NCBI RefSeq assembly: GCF_054482525.1
Contig: NZ_CM137006.1
DNA length: 64,000 nucleotides
Direction: 5' to 3' (one strand)
Made by a program: the position numbers and the translations under genes
The notes under the pieces: generated by a model
What the model was told of the DNA's origin: nothing
What the model saw: only the letters and a program-made list of their open reading frames with translations
Database searches by the model: none
In this document: one piece after another, positions 21,941-33,460 of the stretch
Position numbering within the stretch: the stretch's first letter is position 1
Layout: every line of letters starts with the position of its first letter

Positions 21941-23329
21941 ATGGAAAACAAGTCTGCTCGTGCAAAGGTCCAGGCTTTTGGGGGCTTTTTGACTGCAATG
22001 GTCATCCCCAATATCGGTGCTTTTATTGCCTGGGGTTTTATAACTGCGTTATTTATTCCCACCGGTTGGCTGCCGAATGAACATTTCGCCAAAATTGTCG
22101 GCCCGATGATTACCTATTTATTGCCCGTGATGATTGGTTCTACTGGTGGTCACCTGGTCGGCGGTAAACGCGGCGCGGTCATGGGCGGAATCGGTACTAT
22201 TGGTGTGATCGTCGGCGCAGAGATCCCGATGTTCCTTGGCTCAATGATTATGGGGCCGCTCGGTGGTCTGGTCATAAAATATGTTGATAAGGCACTGGAA
22301 AAACGCATACCTGCCGGTTTTGAGATGGTTATCAATAACTTCTCATTAGGTATCGCGGGGATGCTCCTTTGTCTGCTGGGTTTTGAAGTGATCGGCCCGG
22401 CGGTGTTAATTGCCAATACTTTCGTCAAAGAGTGTATTGAGGCGCTGGTACATGCGGGTTATCTGCCTCTGCTGTCAGTCATCAATGAACCGGCGAAAGT
22501 GCTTTTCCTTAATAATGCGATCGATCAGGGCGTCTATTATCCGCTGGGAATGCAACAGGCTTCGGTTAACGGCAAATCCATCTTCTTTATGGTGGCATCC
22601 AATCCAGGGCCTGGCTTAGGACTGTTGCTGGCATTCACTCTGTTTGGTAAAGGGATGAGTAAGCGCTCTGCGCCTGGCGCGATGATTATTCACTTCCTCG
22701 GTGGGATCCACGAACTGTATTTCCCATATGTGCTGATGAAGCCACTGACCATTATTGCCATGATTGCGGGCGGTATGTCCGGCACCTGGATGTTTAACTT
22801 ACTGGATGGTGGTTTGGTGGCTGGCCCAAGCCCTGGCTCTATTTTTGCTTACCTGGCACTGACGCCGAAAGGCTCGTTCCTGGCGACAATTGCCGGTGTT
22901 ACGGTAGGTACCCTGGTGTCCTTTGCTATCACTTCGCTGATACTGAAGATGGAAAAAACGGTGGAAACGGAGAGCGAAGATGAGTTTGCTCAGTCAGCCA
23001 ATGCGGTTAAGGCGATGAAACAAGAGGGTGCATTCTCGTTAAGCAGGGTTAAGCGTATCGCCTTTGTTTGCGATGCGGGGATGGGCTCCAGTGCGATGGG
23101 CGCAACCACCTTCCGTAAACGTCTGGAAAAAGCGGGGCTGGCAATTGAAGTAAAACATTACGCGATAGAAAACGTGCCTGCGGATGCGGATATCGTTGTT
23201 ACTCATGCCAGTCTGGAAGGGCGCGTGAAACGTGTGACGGATAAACCGCTGATACTGATTAATAACTATATTGGCGATCCAAAACTCGACACTTTATTTA
23301 ATCAATTAACCGCCGAACATAAAAACTGA
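21941..23329 (+). CDS. cmtA: Cryptic mannitol-type PTS enzyme IICB component CmtA, 462 aa
   Basis: Membrane EIIC followed by EIIB domain (FVCDAGMGSSAMGA). Confidence 0.85.
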   Translation: MENKSARAKVQAFGGFLTAMVIPNIGAFIAWGFITALFIPTGWLPNEHFAKIVGPMITYLLPVMIGSTGGHLVGGKRGAVMGGIGTIGVIVGAEIPMFLGSMIMGPLGGLVIKYVDKALEKRIPAGFEMVINNFSLGIAGMLLCLLGFEVIGPAVLIANTFVKECIEALVHAGYLPLLSVINEPAKVLFLNNAIDQGVYYPLGMQQASVNGKSIFFMVASNPGPGLGLLLAFTLFGKGMSKRSAPGAMIIHFLGGIHELYFPYVLMKPLTIIAMIAGGMSGTWMFNLLDGGLVAGPSPGSIFAYLALTPKGSFLATIAGVTVGTLVSFAITSLILKMEKTVETESEDEFAQSANAVKAMKQEGAFSLSRVKRIAFVCDAGMGSSAMGATTFRKRLEKAGLAIEVKHYAIENVPADADIVVTHASLEGRVKRVTDKPLILINNYIGDPKLDTLFNQLTAEHKN

Positions 23330-23343
23330 TTGCCGAGGTAAAA

Positions 23344-24621
23344 ATGAAAACCAAAGTTGCTGCTATTTATGGCAAGCGGGATGTCCGTCTGCGCGAATTT
23401 GAACTGCCAGAAATTACCGATAATGAACTGTTAGTGAGTGTAATTTCTGACAGCGTCTGTTTATCGACCTGGAAAGCGGCGTTACTCGGTAGTGAACATA
23501 AACGCGTACCCGACGATTTAGAAAATCATCCGGTCATTACCGGGCATGAATGTGCCGGGGTTATTGTTGAAGTGGGTAAAAATCTCACCGACAAATATAA
23601 AAAAGGCCAGCGTTTTGTATTGCAACCGGCGATGGGGTTACCAAGCGGATATTCAGCGGGCTACAGCTACGAATATTTTGGCGGTAACGCCACCTATATG
23701 ATTATTCCCGAGATCGCCATTAACCTGGGCTGCGTATTACCGTACCACGGCTCTTATTTTGCTGCGGCGTCGCTGGCAGAGCCTATGTGCTGCATTATTG
23801 GCGCTTATCATGCCAATTATCACACCACGCAATATGTTTATGAGCATCGCATGGGAGTTAAACCTGGCGGCAATATTGCGCTGCTGGCGTGTGCAGGTCC
23901 GATGGGCATTGGCGCTATCGATTATGCTATTAACGGCGGCATACAACCGTCGCGGGTGGTGGTGGTCGATATCGACGACAAACGCCTGGCGCAGGTACAA
24001 AAGCTGCTGCCGGTGGAACTGGCGGCCAGTAAAGGCATTGAGCTGGTGTATGTGAATACCAAAGGGATGAGCGATCCGGTCCAGACGCTGCGGGCGCTGA
24101 CGGATGATGCCGGATTTGATGACGTATTTGTCTATGCAGCGGTGCCTTCAGTCGTCGAGATGGCTGATGAATTACTGGCGGAAGATGGCTGCCTGAACTT
24201 CTTTGCCGGGCCGACGGATAAAAACTTCAAAGTGCCGTTTAATTTCTACAACGTCCATTACAACAGCACGCATGTCGTCGGTACGTCCGGCGGTTCAACG
24301 GACGACATGAAAGAGGCGATTGCGCTTAGCGCCACGGGGCAGTTACAGCCGTCGTTTATGGTGACCCATATCGGTGGCCTGGATGCAGTGCCAGAAACCG
24401 TGCTCAATCTGCCGGATATCCCCGGAGGTAAAAAACTCATTTATAACGGCGTGACCATGCCGCTGACTGCCATTGCCGATTTTGCCGAAAAAGGCAAAAC
24501 CGATCCGCTGTTTAAAGAGCTGGCGCGGCTGGTTGAGGAAACGCACGGCATCTGGAATGAGCAGGCCGAGAAATATCTGCTGGCGCAATTTGGCGTTGAT
24601 ATCGGGGAGGCCGCGCAATGA
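23344..24621 (+). CDS. yggP: Zinc-dependent alcohol/polyol dehydrogenase-like protein YggP, 425 aa
   Basis: MDR family GHECAGVI zinc motif; matches K-12 YggP length. Confidence 0.85.
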   Translation: MKTKVAAIYGKRDVRLREFELPEITDNELLVSVISDSVCLSTWKAALLGSEHKRVPDDLENHPVITGHECAGVIVEVGKNLTDKYKKGQRFVLQPAMGLPSGYSAGYSYEYFGGNATYMIIPEIAINLGCVLPYHGSYFAAASLAEPMCCIIGAYHANYHTTQYVYEHRMGVKPGGNIALLACAGPMGIGAIDYAINGGIQPSRVVVVDIDDKRLAQVQKLLPVELAASKGIELVYVNTKGMSDPVQTLRALTDDAGFDDVFVYAAVPSVVEMADELLAEDGCLNFFAGPTDKNFKVPFNFYNVHYNSTHVVGTSGGSTDDMKEAIALSATGQLQPSFMVTHIGGLDAVPETVLNLPDIPGGKKLIYNGVTMPLTAIADFAEKGKTDPLFKELARLVEETHGIWNEQAEKYLLAQFGVDIGEAAQ

Positions 24622-25583
24622 TGTCCCTGGCGTGGCCATTATTTCGCGTTACGGAACAGGCAGCGTTGGCTGCCTGGCCGCAAACCGGATGTGGCGACAA
24701 AAATAAAATTGATGGCCTGGCGGTCACCGCGATGCGCCAGGCGTTGAACGACGTCGCTTTTCGTGGGCGAGTGGTTATCGGCGAGGGAGAGATTGACCAT
24801 GCGCCGATGCTGTGGATTGGCGAAGAGGTGGGCAAAGGCGATGGGCCAGAAGTCGATATCGCGGTTGATCCCATTGAAGGTACGCGGATGGTGGCGATGG
24901 GGCAGAGCAATGCGCTGGCGGTCATGGCTTTCGCCCCTCGAGATAGCCTGTTACATGCGCCCGATATGTATATGAAAAAGCTGGTTGTTAATCGACAGGC
25001 TGCCGGGGCGATTGATCTGTCTTTGCCTCTGGCGGACAACTTGCGTAACGTGGCGCGGGCGTTAGGCAAACCGCTGGACAAGTTGCGTATGGTTACGCTG
25101 GATAAACCGCGCCTGAGAGTAGCGATTGATGAAGCGACACTGCTGGGCGTGAAGGTTTTTGCCCTGCCGGATGGCGATGTCGCCGCCAGCGTGCTGACCT
25201 GCTGGCAGGATAATCCTTACGATGTGATGTACACCATCGGCGGTGCGCCAGAAGGCGTGATTTCTGCCTGTGCCGTTAAAGCATTAGGCGGGGATATGCA
25301 GGCCGAGCTGATTGACTTTTGTCAGGCTAAAGGGGATTACACGGAAAATCGGCAGATTGCAGAGCAGGAGCGCAAGCGTTGCATGGAAATGGGCGTTGAC
25401 GTTAACCGTGTGTACTCGCTCGATGAACTGGTGAAGGGGAACGATATCCTCTTTAGCGCTACGGGCGTGACGGGCGGCGAATTGGTGAACGGTATCCAAC
25501 AGACGGCGAATGGGGTGCGGACGCAGACATTACTGATCGGCGGCGCGGACCAAACGTGTAATATAATAGACTCCCTGCATTGA
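24618..25583 (+). CDS. yggF: Class II fructose-1,6-bisphosphatase (GlpX-like) YggF, 321 aa
   Basis: GlpX-family sequence; 4-nt overlap with yggP. Confidence 0.85.
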   Translation: MMSLAWPLFRVTEQAALAAWPQTGCGDKNKIDGLAVTAMRQALNDVAFRGRVVIGEGEIDHAPMLWIGEEVGKGDGPEVDIAVDPIEGTRMVAMGQSNALAVMAFAPRDSLLHAPDMYMKKLVVNRQAAGAIDLSLPLADNLRNVARALGKPLDKLRMVTLDKPRLRVAIDEATLLGVKVFALPDGDVAASVLTCWQDNPYDVMYTIGGAPEGVISACAVKALGGDMQAELIDFCQAKGDYTENRQIAEQERKRCMEMGVDVNRVYSLDELVKGNDILFSATGVTGGELVNGIQQTANGVRTQTLLIGGADQTCNIIDSLH

Positions 25584-25604
25584 TGGTGATCTATCGGAAG
25601 ACCA

Positions 25605-26114
25605 ATGGCGACGCTGACAGAAGATGATGTGCTTGAGCAACTGGATGCACAGGACAATTTATTTTCATTTATGAATACTGCGCATTCTATTTTGCTCCAG
25701 GGGATACGCCAGTTTCTGCCGTCGCTGTTTGTCGATAACGATGAAGAGATCGTCGAATATGCAGTGAAGCCGTTACTCGCCCAAAGCGGCCCGCTTGACG
25801 ATATTGATGTTGCACTGCGTTTGATTTATGCGCTGGGGAAAATGGATAAATGGCTGTACGCCGATATCACGCACTTTTCCCAGTTCTGGCATTACCTGAA
25901 CGAACAGGATGAAATGCCCGGATTTGCCGATGACATGACCTGGGATTTTATCAGCAACGTCAATAGCATAACCCGCAATGCGACGCTCTATGACGCGTTG
26001 AAAGCGATGAAGTTCGCCGATTTCGCCGTCTGGTCAGAGGCGCGTTTTAGCGGGATGGTCAAAACGGCGCTGACGCTGGCAGTAACGACAACCTTAAAGG
26101 AATTAACGCCGTGA
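25605..26114 (+). CDS. yggD: MtlR-like transcriptional regulator YggD, 169 aa
   Basis: Full ORF at K-12 yggD position. Confidence 0.8.
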   Translation: MATLTEDDVLEQLDAQDNLFSFMNTAHSILLQGIRQFLPSLFVDNDEEIVEYAVKPLLAQSGPLDDIDVALRLIYALGKMDKWLYADITHFSQFWHYLNEQDEMPGFADDMTWDFISNVNSITRNATLYDALKAMKFADFAVWSEARFSGMVKTALTLAVTTTLKELTP

Positions 26115-26824
26115 AAATTGAATTAACGGTGAATGGTCTGAAGGTACAGGCACAGTACCATGATGATGAGATAGAAAACGTACATAAACCGTTGCTGCGC
26201 ATGTTGGCGGCCTTACAGACGGTAAATCCACAGCGGCGTACGGTAGTTTTTCTTTGCGCTCCGCCGGGGACGGGGAAATCTACCCTAACCACCTTCTGGG
26301 AATATCTCGCGCAACAAGACCCGGAACTACCCGCTATACAGACGCTGCCGATGGATGGTTTTCACCATTACAATAGCTGGCTGGATGCGCATCAATTGCG
26401 CCCCTTCAAAGGCGCACCAGAGACATTTGACGTTGCGAAACTGGCGGAAAATCTGCGCCAGGTAATGGAAGGGGATTGTACGTGGCCACAGTACGATCGA
26501 CAAAAGCATGATCCTGTTGAAGATGCGTTGCACGTTACCGCACCCCTCGTCATCGTCGAAGGAAACTGGCTATTACTGGATGATGAAAAGTGGCAGGAGT
26601 TGGCATCTTTCTGCGATTTTTCTATTTTTATTCATGCACCTGCTCAAATTCTGCGGGAACGCTTGATTAGTCGTAAAATTGCGGGAGGATTATCGCGGCA
26701 AGAAGCCGAAGCTTTTTATGCCCGAACCGATGGTCCCAATGTCGAGCGTGTGCTGGTGAATAGTCGTCAGGCCAATCTGATATTAGAGATGACCGAAGAA
26801 GGCAGATATCACTTCAAAAGCTGA
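26111..26824 (+). CDS. yggC: P-loop kinase-like protein YggC, 237 aa
   Basis: Walker A CAPPGTGKST; GTG start overlapping yggD stop. Confidence 0.8.
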   Translation: MKIELTVNGLKVQAQYHDDEIENVHKPLLRMLAALQTVNPQRRTVVFLCAPPGTGKSTLTTFWEYLAQQDPELPAIQTLPMDGFHHYNSWLDAHQLRPFKGAPETFDVAKLAENLRQVMEGDCTWPQYDRQKHDPVEDALHVTAPLVIVEGNWLLLDDEKWQELASFCDFSIFIHAPAQILRERLISRKIAGGLSRQEAEAFYARTDGPNVERVLVNSRQANLILEMTEEGRYHFKS

Positions 26825-27108
26825 CAATTTATTCCAGTTATTGCAGGGGTATTATTACGCCAGCCTGGAATAAAGACCCCTACAAAAGGGGATAAAAGTG
26901 TGATGTAAGTCAGATAAATGTCTTCTTCGGCTGGACAATCATTCCTTTTATTCCACGTTTCGCTTATCCTAGCTGAAGCGTTTCAGTCGATTAAATGTTC
27001 GACAATTAACCAATCAGTCGCAGTTTGCGACAGGTAAGGTTTCCCCGGACGATTTGCTGGATTACTCTGTCTGGCAAATTTGCTCAGGGAAAACCTTGCA
27101 GGAGATCT

Positions 27109-28128
27109 ATGACCGTACGCGTAGCGATAAATGGCTTCGGTCGCATCGGGCGTAATGTGGTTCGTGCTTTGTATGAATCCGGACGCCGGGCGGAAATTAC
27201 CGTGGTGGCAATCAACGAACTGGCGGATGCTGCGGGCATGGCGCATTTGTTGAAATATGACACCAGCCATGGCCGTTTTGCATGGGAAGTACGACAGGAA
27301 CGCGATCAACTTTTTGTTGGTGATGACGCCATCCGCGTATTGCATGAACGTTCACTGCAATCGCTCCCCTGGCGTGAACTTGGCGTTGATGTAGTCCTCG
27401 ACTGCACCGGCGTATATGGCTCCCGCGAGCATGGCGAAGCGCATATTGCCGCCGGGGCTAAAAAAGTGCTCTTTTCACATCCTGGCAGTAACGATCTCGA
27501 TGCGACCGTTGTTTACGGCGTCAATCAGGATCAACTTCGTGCGGAACACCGCATCGTTTCTAACGCTTCCTGTACCACGAATTGCATAATTCCCGTCATC
27601 AAATTGTTAGATGATGCGTACGGTATTGAGTCCGGCACTGTGACCACAATTCACTCCGCCATGCACGATCAACAGGTTATTGATGCATACCATCCTGACC
27701 TGCGTCGCACCCGGGCAGCCAGCCAGTCGATCATTCCGGTCGATACTAAACTGGCCGCCGGTATCACACGATTTTTTCCGCAATTTAACGATCGCTTTGA
27801 AGCGATTGCGGTACGTGTGCCAACCATAAATGTGACGGCAATCGATTTAAGCGTGACGGTGAAGAAACCTGTAAAAGCCAATGAAGTCAACCTGTTGCTG
27901 CAAAAAGCAGCACAAGGTGCATTTCATGGTATAGTTGACTATACGGAATTGCCGTTGGTCTCTGTAGATTTTAACCACGATCCGCACAGTGCCATTGTCG
28001 ATGGCACCCAAACCCGGGTCAGTGGCGCACACCTGATCAAAACGTTGGTCTGGTGCGATAACGAATGGGGCTTTGCTAACCGAATGCTCGACACGACGTT
28101 AGCTATGGCTACTGTTGCTTTCAGGTAA
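27109..28128 (+). CDS. epd: D-erythrose-4-phosphate dehydrogenase Epd, 339 aa
   Basis: Start [15 protein letters not shown] at ATG 27109; GAPDH-family fold. Confidence 0.9.
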
Positions 28129-28177
28129 GACGCAAGCAGCGTCTGCAAAACTTTTAGAATCAACGAGAGGATTCACC

Positions 28178-29341
28178 ATGTCTGTAATTAAGATGACCGA
28201 TCTGGATCTTGCTGGGAAACGTGTATTTATCCGTGCGGATCTGAACGTACCAGTAAAAGACGGGAAAGTAACCAGCGACGCGCGTATCCGTGCTTCTCTG
28301 CCGACCATCGAACTGGCCCTGAAACAAGGCGCAAAAGTGATGGTAACTTCCCACCTGGGTCGTCCTACCGAAGGCGAGTACAACGAAGAATTCTCTCTGC
28401 TGCCGGTTGTTAACTACCTGAAAGACAAACTGTCTAACCCGGTTCGTTTGGTTAAAGATTACCTCGACGGCGTTGACGTTGCTGAAGGTGAACTGGTTGT
28501 TCTGGAAAACGTTCGCTTCAACAAAGGCGAGAAGAAAGACGACGAAACTCTGTCCAAAAAATACGCTGCACTGTGTGACGTGTTCGTAATGGACGCATTC
28601 GGTACTGCTCACCGCGCGCAGGCTTCTACTCACGGTATCGGTAAATTTGCTGATGTTGCGTGCGCAGGTCCGCTGCTGGCAGCTGAACTGGACGCGCTGG
28701 GTAAAGCACTGAAAGAACCTGCTCGCCCGATGGTGGCTATCGTTGGTGGTTCTAAAGTATCTACCAAACTGACCGTTCTGGACTCCTTGTCTAAAATCGC
28801 TGACCAGCTGATTGTTGGTGGTGGTATCGCTAACACCTTTATCGCGGCACAAGGCCACGATGTGGGTAAATCTCTGTACGAAGCTGACCTGGTTGACGAA
28901 GCTAAACGTCTGCTGACCACCTGCAACATCCCGGTTCCGTCTGATGTTCGCGTAGCAACCGAGTTCTCTGAAACTGCACCGGCTACCCTGAAATCTGTTA
29001 ACGATGTGAAAGCTGACGAGCAGATCCTGGATATCGGTGATGCTTCCGCTCAGGAACTGGCTGAAATCCTGAAGAATGCGAAAACCATTCTGTGGAACGG
29101 TCCGGTTGGCGTGTTCGAATTCCCGAACTTCCGCAAAGGTACTGAAATCGTGGCTAACGCTATCGCAGACAGCGAAGCGTTCTCCATCGCTGGCGGCGGC
29201 GACACTCTGGCAGCAATCGACCTGTTCGGCATTGCTGACAAAATCTCCTACATCTCCACTGGCGGCGGCGCATTCCTCGAATTCGTGGAAGGTAAAGTAC
29301 TGCCTGCAGTAGCGATGCTCGAAGAGCGCGCTAAGAAGTAA
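28178..29341 (+). CDS. pgk: Phosphoglycerate kinase Pgk, 387 aa
   Basis: Start [25 protein letters not shown] at ATG 28178 with GAGAGGA RBS. Confidence 0.95.
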
Positions 29342-29350
29342 AAAATCACA

Positions 29351-29374
29351 GGGCAGGGAAACCTGCCCTTGTTT
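29351..29374 (+). terminator. Putative partial terminator/attenuator between pgk and fbaA
   Basis: GGGCAGG-GAAA-CCTGCCC stem followed by TTGTTT. Confidence 0.4.
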
Positions 29375-29414
29375 CAGCGCGCTTTTAAAGCACGCACTTT
29401 TTCATACTCTAAAT

Positions 29415-29545
29415 AATTCGAGTTGCAGGAAGGCGACAAGAGAGTGAATCCCCAGGAGCTTACATAAGTAATTGACTGGGGTGAGCGAACGCAGACGCAG
29501 CACATGCAACTTGAAGTATGACGAGTATAAGGCCCGACGATACAG
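29415..29545. repeat. ERIC (IRU) enterobacterial repetitive intergenic consensus element
   Basis: Contains GTGAATCCCCAGGAGCTTACAT and AAGTAATTGACTGGGGTGAGCG, i.e. the ERIC1R/ERIC2 primer-site cores. Confidence 0.65.
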
Positions 29546-29555
29546 GACAAGAGAC

Positions 29556-30635
29556 ATGTCTAAGATTTTTGATTTCGTAAAACCTGGCGTAATCACTGGT
29601 GATGACGTACAGAAAGTTTTCCAGGTAGCAAAAGAAAACAACTTCGCACTGCCAGCAGTAAACTGCGTCGGTACTGACTCCATCAACGCCGTACTGGAAA
29701 CTGCTGCTAAAGTTAAAGCACCGGTTATCGTTCAGTTCTCCAACGGTGGTGCTTCCTTTATCGCTGGTAAAGGCGTGAAATCTGATGTTCCGCAGGGCGC
29801 TGCTATCCTGGGCGCGATCTCTGGTGCGCATCACGTTCACCAGATGGCTGAACATTATGGTGTTCCGGTTATCCTGCACACCGACCACTGCGCGAAGAAA
29901 CTGCTGCCGTGGATCGACGGTCTGCTGGACGCGGGTGAAAAACACTTTGCAGCTACCGGTAAGCCGCTGTTCTCTTCTCACATGATCGACCTGTCTGAAG
30001 AATCTCTGCAAGAGAACATCGAAATCTGCTCTAAATACCTGGAGCGCATGTCCAAAATCGGCATGACTCTGGAAATCGAACTGGGTTGCACCGGTGGTGA
30101 AGAAGACGGCGTGGACAACAGCCACATGGACGCTTCTGCACTGTACACCCAGCCGGAAGACGTTGATTACGCATACACTGAGCTGAGCAAAATCAGCCCG
30201 CGTTTCACCATCGCAGCGTCCTTCGGTAACGTACACGGTGTTTACAAGCCGGGTAACGTGGTTCTGACTCCGACCATCCTGCGTGATTCTCAGGAATATG
30301 TTTCTAAGAAACACAACCTGCCGCACAACAGCCTGAACTTCGTATTCCACGGTGGTTCCGGTTCTACTGCTCAGGAAATCAAAGACTCCGTAAGCTACGG
30401 CGTAGTGAAAATGAACATCGATACCGATACCCAATGGGCAACCTGGGAAGGCGTTCTGAACTACTACAAAGCGAACGAAGCTTATCTGCAGGGTCAGCTG
30501 GGTAACCCGAAAGGCGAAGATCAGCCGAACAAGAAATACTACGATCCGCGCGTATGGCTGCGTGCCGGTCAGACTTCGATGATCGCTCGTCTGGAAAAAG
30601 CATTCCAGGAACTGAACGCGATCGACGTTCTGTAA
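29556..30635 (+). CDS. fbaA: Class II fructose-bisphosphate aldolase FbaA, 359 aa
   Basis: Start MSKIFDFVKPGVITGDD at ATG 29556. Confidence 0.95.
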   Translation: MSKIFDFVKPGVITGDDVQKVFQVAKENNFALPAVNCVGTDSINAVLETAAKVKAPVIVQFSNGGASFIAGKGVKSDVPQGAAILGAISGAHHVHQMAEHYGVPVILHTDHCAKKLLPWIDGLLDAGEKHFAATGKPLFSSHMIDLSEESLQENIEICSKYLERMSKIGMTLEIELGCTGGEEDGVDNSHMDASALYTQPEDVDYAYTELSKISPRFTIAASFGNVHGVYKPGNVVLTPTILRDSQEYVSKKHNLPHNSLNFVFHGGSGSTAQEIKDSVSYGVVKMNIDTDTQWATWEGVLNYYKANEAYLQGQLGNPKGEDQPNKKYYDPRVWLRAGQTSMIARLEKAFQELNAIDVL

Positions 30636-30657
30636 GTCATTCCTTTCTGCTTATCTC

Positions 30658-30683
30658 AAGGCCCGCTCTGCGGGTCTTTTTTT
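30658..30683 (+). terminator. Rho-independent terminator after fbaA
   Basis: CCCGC-TCTG-GCGGG stem followed by TCTTTTTTT. Confidence 0.5.
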
Positions 30684-30825
30684 CGCCAAAAGCAAGGTGA
30701 TACAGATGAGAAATCTGTGATCTATTTGGCAAAATTATGCTTTATTGTTTACCCTTGTCAGACTGCCCGTCATAAGGCGGCGGAGTGTATTTCTCCATTT
30801 TGAGTCAGTTGAAAAGGAATATTGA

Positions 30826-31686
<861 letters not shown>

Positions 31687-31694
31687 TCAACGCT

Positions 31695-31735
31695 GAGGCC
31701 AGATAATACTCTCTGGCCTCTCTCTTATTAGTTTT
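31695..31735 (+). terminator. Putative terminator after mscS
   Basis: GAGGCCA...TGGCCTC stem followed by T-rich sequence. Confidence 0.4.
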
Positions 31736-31824
31736 TCTGATTGCCAATTAATATTATCAATTTCCGCTAATAACAATCCCGCGATATAGTCTCTGCATCA
31801 GATACTTAATTCGGAATATCCAAC

Positions 31825-32460
31825 GTGTTTTCTTATTACTTTCAAGGTCTTGCGCTTGGCGCAGCTATGATCCTACCGCTCGGTCCACAAAATGCTTTTG
31901 TGATGAATCAGGGCATTCGTCGTCAGTACCACATTATGATTGCCTTACTTTGCGCCATCAGCGATTTGGTCCTGATTTGCGCCGGGATTTTTGGTGGCAG
32001 CGCGTTATTGATGCAGTCGCCGTGGTTGCTGGCGCTGGTCACCTGGGGCGGCGTAGCCTTCTTGCTGTGGTATGGTTTTGGCGCTTTTAAAACAGCGATG
32101 AGCAGTAATATTGAGTTAGCCAGTGCCGAAGTCCTGAAGCAAGGCAGATGGAAAATTATCGCCACCATGCTGGCAGTGACCTGGCTGAATCCGCATGTTT
32201 ACCTGGATACTTTTGTTGTACTGGGCAGCCTTGGCGGGCAACTTGATGTGGAACCAAAACGTTGGTTTGCGCTCGGGACTATTAGCGCCTCTTTCCTGTG
32301 GTTCTTTGGTCTGGCTATTCTCGCAGCCTGGCTGGCACCGCGCCTGCGCACGGCAAAATCACAACGCATTATCAATCTGGTTGTGGGATGTGTTATGTGG
32401 TTTATTGCCTTGCAGCTGGCGAGAGACGGTATTGCTCATGCACAAGCCTTGTTCAGTTAG
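31825..32460 (+). CDS. argO: Arginine exporter ArgO (LysE family), 211 aa
   Basis: GTG start; [25 protein letters not shown]. Confidence 0.85.
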
Positions 32461-32552
32461 GCGCTATCTGATGGAAAAATAAAACAGAGGCGCTAAGCTT
32501 GCCTCCAGAGGTCCTGAATTTTAGGCAAGTCAATTAACACGGAGAGACTAAC

Positions 32553-33293
32553 GTGAAGTTCAAAGTTATCGCCCTGGCGGCATTAATGGGTATTAGCGGG
32601 ATGGCAGCGCAGGCTAACGAATTGCCGGATGGACCGCATATTGTCACCTCCGGTACGGCAAGCGTGGATGCGGTGCCAGACATTGCCACTCTTGCGATTG
32701 AAGTCAACGTGGCCGCGAAGGATGCCGCTACTGCCAAGAAACAGGCGGATGAGCGCGTCGCACAATACATTTCCTTCCTTGAACTCAATCAGATCGCGAA
32801 AAAAGATATCAGCTCAGCGAACTTACGCACCCAGCCAGATTATGATTATCAGGATGGTAAAAGTATCCTGAAAGGCTACCGTGCTGTGAGAACGGTGGAA
32901 GTCACGCTCCGTCAGTTAGACAAACTGAATTCCTTGCTGGATGGCGCGCTGAAGGCGGGTCTTAACGAAATTCGTTCTGTGTCGCTGGGCGTGGCGCAGC
33001 CGGATGCCTATAAAGACAAAGCGCGTAAGGCAGCGATTGATAACGCGATTCATCAGGCGCAGGAACTGGCGAACGGCTTTCATCGTAAACTGGGGCCGGT
33101 ATATAGCGTGCGCTACCATGTTTCCAACTATCAGCCCAGCCCAATGGTGCGGATGATGAAAGCCGATGCCGCGCCGGTGTCCGCCCAGGAAACTTACGAG
33201 CAGGCCGCTATTCAGTTTGATGATCAGGTCGATGTGGTCTTCCAGTTAGAACCTGTGGATCAACAACCCGCTAAAACACCTGCAGCACAATAA
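32553..33293 (+). CDS. yggE: Oxidative-stress defence protein YggE (SIMPL/DUF541), 246 aa
   Basis: GTG start; signal peptide MKFKVIALAALMGISGMAAQA. Confidence 0.85.
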   Translation: MKFKVIALAALMGISGMAAQANELPDGPHIVTSGTASVDAVPDIATLAIEVNVAAKDAATAKKQADERVAQYISFLELNQIAKKDISSANLRTQPDYDYQDGKSILKGYRAVRTVEVTLRQLDKLNSLLDGALKAGLNEIRSVSLGVAQPDAYKDKARKAAIDNAIHQAQELANGFHRKLGPVYSVRYHVSNYQPSPMVRMMKADAAPVSAQETYEQAAIQFDDQVDVVFQLEPVDQQPAKTPAAQ

Positions 33294-33300
33294 TATTTGT

Positions 33301-33330
33301 AGCCCGACGTATTCGTCGGGCTAATGCCTT
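33301..33330 (+). terminator. Rho-independent terminator after yggE
   Basis: AGCCCGACG-TATT-CGTCGGGCT stem. Confidence 0.5.
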
Positions 33331-33460
33331 TACCCGATATTGCCTCCTTTTTCTGTAATTTTCTGTAAAACCATGACGTAATCACCTATCTTTGCTCGCG
33401 GTTTCATCAAGGATAGGCTGACTGAAACGGTTAAGCGGACAAGGATGCGGGGGAGGGGGT

